From NCBI GenBank assembly GCA_902801845.1, contig CADCJW010000004.1:7936-71935 (forward strand): a stretch of DNA of 64,000 bases, in the 5' to 3' direction. Under the pieces are notes generated by a model. It was given only the letters and a program-made list of their open reading frames with translations. It did no database searches and had not been told where the DNA came from. Positions 1 through 6,045 of this stretch are shown one piece after another; position 1 is the first letter of the stretch; every line of letters starts with the position of its first letter. The position numbers and the translations under genes were made by a program. The stretch comes from an uncultured Eubacteriales bacterium. GTDB taxonomy: Bacteria; Bacillota; Clostridia; Christensenellales; CAG-138.

Positions 1-429
1 TATATCCTCTGTGGGAGAGACGCAGTTCTTCCAAAGGTGCTGAAGATGATTGAGAATGGAACAATCGGAGATCTTGGCGTGGATTTGCACGGACAGGTTA
101 TTTTCCACACAGCGGTAAGTCCTGCAGGCGTAGGGCCGACATCCTCCAATAAACTGGAAATAGAGAGCAGTTTTGAATCGCTGTCTGCCGCTGGAATCAA
201 GCTGCATCTGGGGAAGGGACAACTGCATCCAGAGACGATAGCTGCTTTAGAGCGATATAACGCTGTCTATGCGGTGATTCCTCCAGTGACGGCTTTGCTC
301 GGAGCAAAGACAACAGAGCAGAAAGTTGTCGCATTCCCGGAACTCGGCATGGAGGCGTTGCATCTGATTAAGGTGGATAAGTACCCGGCCATCATTGGCG
401 CGGCACACGGGAGGAGCATCTATGACTAA
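1..429 (+). CDS. Fe-S type hydro-lyase beta subunit (class I fumarate hydratase / L(+)-tartrate dehydratase C-terminal-domain family), 5' end off-window
   Basis: Frame 1 is open from base 1 (YILCGRDAVLPKVLKM...) into ORF 37..429. The sequence GKGQLHPETIAALERYNAVYAVIPPVTALL...KYPAIIGAAHGRSIY is typical of the beta domain. Stop TAA 427-429 overlaps the next start (ATGACTAA). Confidence 0.75.
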   Translation, partial: YILCGRDAVLPKVLKMIENGTIGDLGVDLHGQVIFHTAVSPAGVGPTSSNKLEIESSFESLSAAGIKLHLGKGQLHPETIAALERYNAVYAVIPPVTALLGAKTTEQKVVAFPELGMEALHLIKVDKYPAIIGAAHGRSIYD

Positions 430-1282
430 GACTTATAAAGAAATCGTTGCTCTCGTGCGGGATACGCTGGTTGATGCCGGAAGTACATTCCGTGAGGATA
501 AAAAAGAGGCTTATAAGAGAGCAATCAGTACAGAGCACAGTGATCAGGCCAAGTGGGTGCTGGAGCAGGTTCTCGCCAATGCGGAAGCGGCAGAGAAGAA
601 CAAGTCTCCCCTGTGTGATGATTCCGGTATCCCTCACCTTGTTCTTGAAGTCGGCGAAGACTGTGCTGTGACCGGCAAGATGCTGGATGCCATCAAGGGA
701 GGCGTGGCGGAAGGGCTCCGTAAGCTCCCCGGACGGCCTATGGGTATCATGGGAGATGACAGCCATCGGATTGATCAGAGTGGTGGGTTGAACCCGGACA
801 GTGCCGGCGTGGAACTCGCGCCGATCCTGCTGAGAAGGTGCAAGGACAACGTGATCCGTTTGCACATCCTGATGTTCGGCGGAGGCCCGGCGATCAGGGC
901 TAAGACCTATCGTGTGTTCCACAAGCACAATACCCAGATCGTTCTGGACGAGATCGTAAGCTGGGCAAAGGAAGGCGTGGCGCAGCTTGGCTGTTCTCCC
1001 TGTACGCTGGCTGTTGGTGTAGGAAGGTCACACTTTGAGGCGACCAGCATGATGCTCCAAGCGCAGGTGGACGGAAGATACGATGTCCAGAGCGAGATGG
1101 AAGCTGAGATTACCAGACGAGTGAATGAAGCAAACATCGGACCGTTGGGGCTGAGAGGTGATACGTCTGTTATTGCTACCTTCATGAAGGTCGGGCCGCA
1201 GAGAGCCAGCGGCGTGCGCATCGTCTGTGTCCGACCCACATGTTGCTTTGAACCGAGAATTGCTACAGTAGAACTTCAATGA
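422..1282 (+). CDS. Fe-S type hydro-lyase alpha subunit (fumarate hydratase / tartrate dehydratase N-terminal-domain family)
   Basis: Has the CDDSGIPHLVLEVG motif and later conserved Cys (GCSPCTLAVGVGRS) typical of the alpha subunit. ATG at 422 follows GGGAGGAG (409-416). ORF 395..1282 is in the same frame. Confidence 0.75.
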   Translation: MTKTYKEIVALVRDTLVDAGSTFREDKKEAYKRAISTEHSDQAKWVLEQVLANAEAAEKNKSPLCDDSGIPHLVLEVGEDCAVTGKMLDAIKGGVAEGLRKLPGRPMGIMGDDSHRIDQSGGLNPDSAGVELAPILLRRCKDNVIRLHILMFGGGPAIRAKTYRVFHKHNTQIVLDEIVSWAKEGVAQLGCSPCTLAVGVGRSHFEATSMMLQAQVDGRYDVQSEMEAEITRRVNEANIGPLGLRGDTSVIATFMKVGPQRASGVRIVCVRPTCCFEPRIATVELQ

Positions 1283-1332
1283 ACTACATAACCGGGGAAG
1301 CATGTCTTCCTCGATTGGTTTTATCGCATGTC

Positions 1333-1379
1333 TTAATTGACATGTTTTAATTGACATAATGGATGCTATATGATAAAGT
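1333..1379 (+). promoter_or_regulatory. Tandem TTAATTGACAT boxes (1333-1342, 1347-1356) overlapping a candidate promoter TTGACA(1351-1356)-17 nt-TAAAGT(1374-1379) with TG at 1371-1372
   Basis: Read directly from sequence. The two 10-nt boxes are 14 bp apart and the second supplies the -35 hexamer. The site lies 37 nt upstream of the metallophosphoesterase start. Confidence 0.5.
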
Positions 1380-1415
1380 ATAATGAAGTTAAAGAATGAT
1401 GGGGAGGCAAGAAAA

Positions 1416-2228
1416 ATGAAAGAAACTGTATACTTTCTTCCGGCACATGAGAGGGCTTCAATTGCTTTCCTTGCTGATACCCATAACATCGATCCTTATT
1501 CAATTGTGGCATCGTTGAAAGCCCACCACCTCGACATCATAACCATTTCGGGTGATATTCTTATCGGGCGCAGACCGGTTAATGATGAACTGATCGTAAA
1601 AACTCAAGATAATGTGTTGCCTCTGATCTCTAACTGCGTGTCTATCGCACCGACTTTCATTTCCCTGGGTAATCATGAGTGGATGATTTGTCCGGAAGAC
1701 ATAGTTACGTTAGAATCAACGGGTGCTGTAGTCTTGGACAACAGATTCATTTCCCACACAGTGAACGGTATGAGGATATGGGTTGGCGGACTGACCTCCG
1801 CAATCGTGACGAACTTTCAGCAGTTCAGAGAAAAAGAAGGCGGAAGGTATCCATATCGTCCACGTCGCTCACACCCATCACATCTTGATACAAATTCCAG
1901 ATGGATTCCCGACTTTGAAAAACAGGATGGATACAAAGTGCTGCTATGCCATCACCCGGAGTACTGGAGTCTGAGGGAACCGTGGTTGTCTGAGAAACAG
2001 ATTGACCTTGTTCTTTCGGGGCATGCTCACGGTGGACAGATTAGACTGTTTGGAAGGGGACTATTTGCTCCAGATCAAGGCTGGATGCCAGAGTATACAA
2101 GCGGTGTGTATAAAGGAGATCACGGTTCGATGGTTGTGTCAAGGGGATTATCTAATACAGCAAGTCCTATTCCAAGGCTCTTTAACGACCCTGAAATTGT
2201 ATATGTGGAGGTAGGAGTAGATGACTAA
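1416..2228 (+). CDS. Metallophosphoesterase (calcineurin-like, COG1408-like)
   Basis: Motifs DTHN, SGDIL, GNHE, CHHPE and SGHAHGGQI appear in canonical order. ATG 1416 is preceded by GGGGAGG. The ORF is open from 1383, so the start is ambiguous. Confidence 0.8.
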   Translation: MKETVYFLPAHERASIAFLADTHNIDPYSIVASLKAHHLDIITISGDILIGRRPVNDELIVKTQDNVLPLISNCVSIAPTFISLGNHEWMICPEDIVTLESTGAVVLDNRFISHTVNGMRIWVGGLTSAIVTNFQQFREKEGGRYPYRPRRSHPSHLDTNSRWIPDFEKQDGYKVLLCHHPEYWSLREPWLSEKQIDLVLSGHAHGGQIRLFGRGLFAPDQGWMPEYTSGVYKGDHGSMVVSRGLSNTASPIPRLFNDPEIVYVEVGVDD

Positions 2229-3063
2229 TCCCTCCCAAGACTATGTTGACTATATATGCTCCCTATATGGCTCCTATTATGATGATCGCATCGAAAACAC
2301 TGCACCGCCGGCCGCTGGAGAACAGATGCGCATTCACGGCGATGACTGGGCACCGGGTGTACCGGCAAATCATAAGAGTCTGAAATCCTTCCAGCGTGAG
2401 CTTGAACAACAGGGAATCAAGTTGAGTACGAGCAAAATCAAGAAAATCTTGATATCCGGTGGCCTGTGGACAACGGAAACCACACGTTCCATTCAAGCCC
2501 TTTTTAACTTCTACACAAGTGTAGCCAAGAGTGATGGTGCGTGTCTCACATATGCTGAGGCAATCAAGCGTATATCCGATGAATTGCAGATAAGCAAGGT
2601 GAGTGTCTCCGTTTCTCTTCCCTATTCTTCTGTCGTTTACAACCTTCCAGCGCCATCGGCTAACGCCAAGAGATGTCGGAGATGGAAGGAACGAAAAGCG
2701 GCACGGAATGAAGATTGGTCTCTATGGCTGTGGCAGAAGATAATAGAACACGAAGGCGAGACGTTCACAACCTCTGGCCGCGGGGCGCGACCGGGTGTTT
2801 CCTTCACCTACAGCATCAGTCATCCTTCTACAGCGGGAGGACGCCATTATGCTGGTGAAAGTGTGGAAGGCTACGGTAATGAACTGTGGATCATAAAGAA
2901 CGGACAGAGGGCGGAGAAGAGCATATCTCGGTCAACCGTTGATCTGGCGCTAAAAAAAGTGCAGGAGATGAATGGAGCAGTCAAAGGGCCAAAGGCACTC
3001 GGTATCCCCGGAGCAGCAAGCTATCTGTATCCGATGCTGATCCAGTTCGGAGTAATCAAATAG
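2221..3063 (+). CDS. Hypothetical protein, 280 aa, two HTH-like segments plus an unassigned C-terminal domain
   Basis: The ORF overlaps the upstream stop by 8 nt (ATGACTAA), suggesting translational coupling. HTH-like stretches are SLKSFQRELEQQGIKLSTSKIKKIL and LTYAEAIKRISDELQISKVSVSVSL. No family was recognised. Confidence 0.6.
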   Translation: MTNPSQDYVDYICSLYGSYYDDRIENTAPPAAGEQMRIHGDDWAPGVPANHKSLKSFQRELEQQGIKLSTSKIKKILISGGLWTTETTRSIQALFNFYTSVAKSDGACLTYAEAIKRISDELQISKVSVSVSLPYSSVVYNLPAPSANAKRCRRWKERKAARNEDWSLWLWQKIIEHEGETFTTSGRGARPGVSFTYSISHPSTAGGRHYAGESVEGYGNELWIIKNGQRAEKSISRSTVDLALKKVQEMNGAVKGPKALGIPGAASYLYPMLIQFGVIK

Positions 3064-3114
3064 GGAGAGGCATTGTGACCTCTCCCTTGAGAATAGAGCT
3101 TGTGTTAATTGACA
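3061..3114. repeat. Hairpin + box module A: GGGAGAGG(3063-3070)/CCTCTCCC(3079-3086) stem, 18-nt spacer, TTAATTGACA (3105-3114)
   Basis: Direct repeat of module B (3590-3644) with the same stem, loop length, spacer length and box. It sits between the stops of convergent genes 2221..3063 (+) and 3124..3525 (-). Confidence 0.7.
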
Positions 3115-3123
3115 CGTTTTTCT

Positions 3124-3525
3124 TCAGCTCTGTGAACGGCTGCATTCTCGCAGTCGTCCCAATCCAGCGAGTACGCATGAGCCGCAATATGCCTGAAAAT
3201 CAAACTCGATGGCCGACCCGCATCTCGGACAGAGGTATGCTCCGGTCTCACCAAATTGGCTGTCATAGTAAGTGTACCTCTCCCGGATTGCCATTTTGTA
3301 GCGATAGCTAACGGCACAGAGCAAGATTCGGTACAGCTCTTCCGAGAGTCTCTGCTTCCTGCAGGGGATCTGCGGTTCGGATAATGCCACCATTATGTTG
3401 CTCACAACAGCTGGGGACATGGATGCGAGACGATGTTGCGATCTGTGCAAATCAGCTTTTGTGAGTTTTCGCTCAAGCGAGTTGGCGAGCAAGCGCAGGA
3501 TAAATTCTTTGGAACTCATTTTCAT
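3124..3525 (-). CDS. Hypothetical small protein with N-terminal HTH-like segment and C-terminal CxxC...CxxC zinc-ribbon
   Basis: ORF of 133 aa with GAGGAGG upstream. ATG 3525 or ATG 3519 could be the start. Contains LTKADLHRSQHRLASMSPAVVSNIM and YLCPRCGSAIEFDFQAYCGSC. Confidence 0.5.
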   Translation of the reverse strand: MKMSSKEFILRLLANSLERKLTKADLHRSQHRLASMSPAVVSNIMVALSEPQIPCRKQRLSEELYRILLCAVSYRYKMAIRERYTYYDSQFGETGAYLCPRCGSAIEFDFQAYCGSCVLAGLGRLRECSRSQS

Positions 3526-3589
3526 CTACCTCCTCGATGACACATGACAGTGCATCAAGGGAGCAGATCCCGCTTCAACATTATTATAT

Positions 3590-3644
3590 TAGGGAGAGGC
3601 GTGATAACCTCTCCCTGTAAGCTTTTTCTTTGCCTTAATTGACA
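3590..3644. repeat. Hairpin + box module B: GGGAGAGG(3592-3599)/CCTCTCCC(3608-3615) stem, 19-nt spacer, TTAATTGACA (3635-3644)
   Basis: Second copy of module A. It lies immediately 3' of the repressor gene stop (3652) on the minus strand. On that strand the hairpin is followed by the A/T-rich TAATATAATAAT. Confidence 0.7.
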
Positions 3645-3651
3645 TGCACAG

Positions 3652-4473
3652 TCAGTTCAGCACCCGCCCGACAACCCGGAAATCCATACTGGGGGTTATC
3701 ACCTTCGGCTTGTATGTTTCATTCTGACTAATGAGAACGATCTGTGGATGGAGCAGGCCATCACTGTCAATATAATCCTCCAGGTCATCCTCGCCCGGTT
3801 CCTGCTCGTCGTAGGTCTTAATATACCCGTGGCCGTCAACAACGAACAGGCCTACATCACCCACATTCAGATCGGTGCAGGTCTGAACCCAGACAAGCTG
3901 TCCGTCTTTATATAAGGGTTCCATGCTGTCACCATCGACAGGAACGGCAAACTTCGCGCCATCCGGTACGGTGCTTGCAGGGAACTCCTTCATTTCAAAG
4001 TTCTCATCGTCCAGGTAATCCCCGTATCCGGCGGAAGCAGCCAAGAGACTGACAGGCATCGTGACCATAGCCACATGGTGGCGAATGGTGTATCTGTCTT
4101 TGCTTTCAAGATACTCCCGGTACTCCCGGAGTAACCTCTGTCCCTCTGTGTTCAATACGTCCTTCTTCGGCACGACTGGACCGGTGAAGTAGTCGAGACC
4201 GTTCTCAATGTTCAAGGCGTGGCATAATGCCATCAGCTGATAGGCGTTGGGGACAGTTTCTCCTTTTTCCCACTTGTTGACGCCGGGTGTCTTCACATGG
4301 ACACCGAAATGGGTCAGTAGCTCGGATAGCTGAGGCTGTGTGATGCCTGCCTTCTTCCGCGCTTCTGCAATTTTCTTTCCGAGAATGTTCCGTTCTTTGG
4401 CGATGTCCGCCTGAAAATGGCGGGACAAGTCCCGATGAAATGTTATGACCTTCTCTATTCTCTTGTTACCCAT
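3652..4473 (-). CDS. XRE-family HTH + S24 peptidase repressor (phage CI / LexA-like)
   Basis: N-terminal HTH ILGKKIAEARKKAGITQPQLSELL and C-terminal S24 signature VDGDSMEPLYKDGQLV...GHGYIKTY. ATG 4473 is preceded by GGGAGGAA. The track ORF extends to 4530 but there is no SD sequence at that start. Confidence 0.85.
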   Translation of the reverse strand: MGNKRIEKVITFHRDLSRHFQADIAKERNILGKKIAEARKKAGITQPQLSELLTHFGVHVKTPGVNKWEKGETVPNAYQLMALCHALNIENGLDYFTGPVVPKKDVLNTEGQRLLREYREYLESKDRYTIRHHVAMVTMPVSLLAASAGYGDYLDDENFEMKEFPASTVPDGAKFAVPVDGDSMEPLYKDGQLVWVQTCTDLNVGDVGLFVVDGHGYIKTYDEQEPGEDDLEDYIDSDGLLHPQIVLISQNETYKPKVITPSMDFRVVGRVLN

Positions 4474-4562
4474 GATCAATTCCTCCCAGTGGGATTCTGG
4501 CTGGCTGCGGCGTGGACATTGGTTATCCATGATTGCACGCTCACGAACTCATTGCAGTTTAC

Positions 4563-4591
4563 ATTATACCAGCACAATATACCAAAGTCAA
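4563..4591 (-). promoter_or_regulatory. Promoter of the repressor gene: TTGACT-17 nt-TATAAT on the minus strand
   Basis: The reverse complement of 4586-4591 is TTGACT and of 4563-4568 is TATAAT, with exactly 17 nt between them. Confidence 0.65.
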
Positions 4592-4627
4592 CGAAAAATT
4601 TCTTAATAAGCTATTTATAATTAAGAA

Positions 4628-4656
4628 TTGACAGCCGTATTGGGAAATGATATAAT
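4628..4656 (+). promoter_or_regulatory. Perfect sigma-70/SigA consensus promoter TTGACA(4628-4633)-17 nt-TATAAT(4651-4656), divergent from the repressor promoter
   Basis: Read directly. The -35 hexamer is embedded in a variant of the island box (TTAAGAATTGACA). Confidence 0.7.
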
Positions 4657-4880
4657 TCAAAGCACATCGTCTCGCGGGGCAGCGCAGAACCATTTTTTCC
4701 CTGTGGTCTGGGCGCTGTTAGGGAATGGGGCGGTCGAAGAGCCGTGACTGACCATCCGGCAGTATGGTATCCACGCACAGGCGCGGAGATGCTTTTATCT
4801 TCAATGGTCTGGAGGAGAGCATCGTTATAGTTCCGGGCCTGATGAGAGGGGCATTACTGCCCGAGAGGAGATTGTAACTG

Positions 4881-5207
4881 ATGATGAAAGAGTTGTACAA
4901 AGATTTGCTTCCAGGATCACTCGAAACATTTGAGGAATCTGCCGCACTGGAAATCATGAATGAAGGCAGCCAGCTCGGAGTCCCAGAGGTAGAGGACTGC
5001 GAGAGCGCCACTGTGCCCAGCAGGGCGGAATCGCCTGATGGAAAAAAGAAGATCCTTGTCCCGGAAGTCACGTCGATGGTCAAGTATCTCTTCAAGAACC
5101 ATCGGCTTCAGCTGTATTCATTCCTGAATGCATGCCTGCGGAACGGAAACTTGGCGGATGTGACCGGAATTAGTGAAAATTATTCTTCAGGAACTTGGCA
5201 AGCCTGA
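4881..5207 (+). CDS. Hypothetical acidic protein (108 aa), possibly a 3'-disrupted remnant
   Basis: GAGAGGAGA lies 9 nt upstream of ATG 4881. There is no recognisable family. The last ~15 codons run out of frame into the rfbB remnant. Confidence 0.35.
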   Translation: MMKELYKDLLPGSLETFEESAALEIMNEGSQLGVPEVEDCESATVPSRAESPDGKKKILVPEVTSMVKYLFKNHRLQLYSFLNACLRNGNLADVTGISENYSSGTWQA

Positions 5208-5427
5208 ATCTCTCATTACTTATGTGACCGACCGGAAAGGCCACGATCTGCGGTATGCTATAGATCCGAGTAAAGCTATGACCGAGCTTGGCTGGGCTCC
5301 GACTACATTGTTCAAAGACGGAATTAAGTTAACGATCCAGTGGTATAAGGATCACATGGACTGGATGGCTGAGTGTACGAGCGGAGAATACATGAGGTAC
5401 TACGAAGAAATGTATGGAAGCAGGTAA
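5164..5427 (+). pseudogene. rfbB: C-terminal fragment (~85 codons) of dTDP-glucose 4,6-dehydratase
   Basis: ILQELGKPESLITYVTDRKGHDLRYAIDPSKAMTELGWAPTTLFKDGIKLTIQWYKDHMDWM matches the conserved RfbB/RmlB C-terminus. There is an in-frame stop at 5161-5163 and no N-terminal Rossmann part upstream. Confidence 0.8.
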
Positions 5428-5458
5428 TCCTATACATAATACAGGATTCAGCAGATAA

Positions 5459-5968
5459 TTGGAGATAGGATATATCGTGGAGCTACTGCATGTGTTTCAC
5501 GATCAGCCACGTACCCTAATCATTCCGAGGATCGCGCCGGGGTCATTTGAGAAGAAGCTTTATAGTATGTACTTGAGCTATTTGCCGAAAGAAAAGGTCG
5601 CATTTAGTTTAAAGATGAATAGAGATGATCGTGGTAGTTTTACGGAATTATTGAAAACAGTCGAACATGGACAGATTTCTGTTAATATTTTGAAGCCTGG
5701 GATCACAAAAGGTCAGCACTGGCATAATTCTAAATGGGAGTTCTTTATCGTGGTATCCGGTCATGGGTTGATTCAAGAGCGAAAGATTGGTTCCGACGAA
5801 GTAATTGAGTTCGAAGTGAGCGGTGACCAGATTCAAGCCGTCCATATGTTGCCTGGATATACGCACAATATTACTAATGTGTCGAAGACAGAGAATCTTG
5901 TGACGGTAATGTGGGCAAATGAGATCTTTGATCCAGCACATCCGGACACATATCTTGAATTAGTTTAA
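5459..5968 (+). CDS. CapF/FnlB C-terminal cupin-domain-like polysaccharide biosynthesis protein (stand-alone or truncated)
   Basis: DDRGSFTELLKT...GITKGQHWHNSKWEFFIVVSGHG...MLPGYTHNITN...WANEIFDPAHPDTY resembles the cupin half of CapF-type enzymes. It uses a TTG start and has no SDR domain upstream. Confidence 0.55.
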   Translation: MEIGYIVELLHVFHDQPRTLIIPRIAPGSFEKKLYSMYLSYLPKEKVAFSLKMNRDDRGSFTELLKTVEHGQISVNILKPGITKGQHWHNSKWEFFIVVSGHGLIQERKIGSDEVIEFEVSGDQIQAVHMLPGYTHNITNVSKTENLVTVMWANEIFDPAHPDTYLELV

Positions 5969-5990
5969 TAAAAAATAAGGCAAGCTAACA

Positions 5991-6029
5991 ATCAGGCCTC
6001 TTCCATTTAGAAGAGGCCTGATGCGTTTT
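5991..6029. terminator. Bidirectional rho-independent terminator hairpin
   Basis: 13-bp perfect stem ATCAGGCCTCTTC / GAAGAGGCCTGAT with loop CATTTA. It is flanked by an A-run upstream and GCGTTTT downstream, and lies between convergent genes. Confidence 0.8.
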
Positions 6030-6045
6030 GGAACAAAGAATGAGG

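Noticed and set aside
1-1282. Unusual beta-before-alpha order of the Fe-S hydro-lyase subunits.
   Set aside because: The upstream region is off-window. A preceding alpha gene, or a different paralog arrangement, cannot be excluded, so no claim can be supported.
3061-3646. Possibility that the hairpin+box modules are integron attC sites delimiting gene cassettes.
   Set aside because: No R''/R' core sites (RYYYAAC / GTTRRRY) could be identified. There is no intI gene or attI in the window. The flanked genes are in mixed orientation, unlike integron cassettes.
4839-4846. CUGAUGAG, the hammerhead-ribozyme core heptamer, followed by a GGGC/GCCC stem.
   Set aside because: The required downstream GAAA element and a properly placed cleavage-site helix are absent; the sequence after the stem is GAGAGG. 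It is most likely a chance match within the SD-proximal leader.
4657-4880. Fragments reminiscent of riboswitch cores: ACGCACAGG (c-di-GMP-I-like), CCGUGACUGACC (ZTP-like), AGGGAAUGGGG and a later GCCACUG (cobalamin-like), and CUGGAGGAGAG (glycine-like).
   Set aside because: In no case are the partner conserved segments present in the right order or spacing. These are isolated short matches only. The region is kept as an unassigned leader or ncRNA candidate instead.
4718-5095. 125-aa minus-strand ORF overlapping ORF 4881-5207.
   Set aside because: It has no SD sequence and a Ser/Leu-rich low-information sequence. It lies antisense to an ORF that does have an SD sequence and runs into the strong plus-strand promoter's transcript. 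It is judged non-coding.
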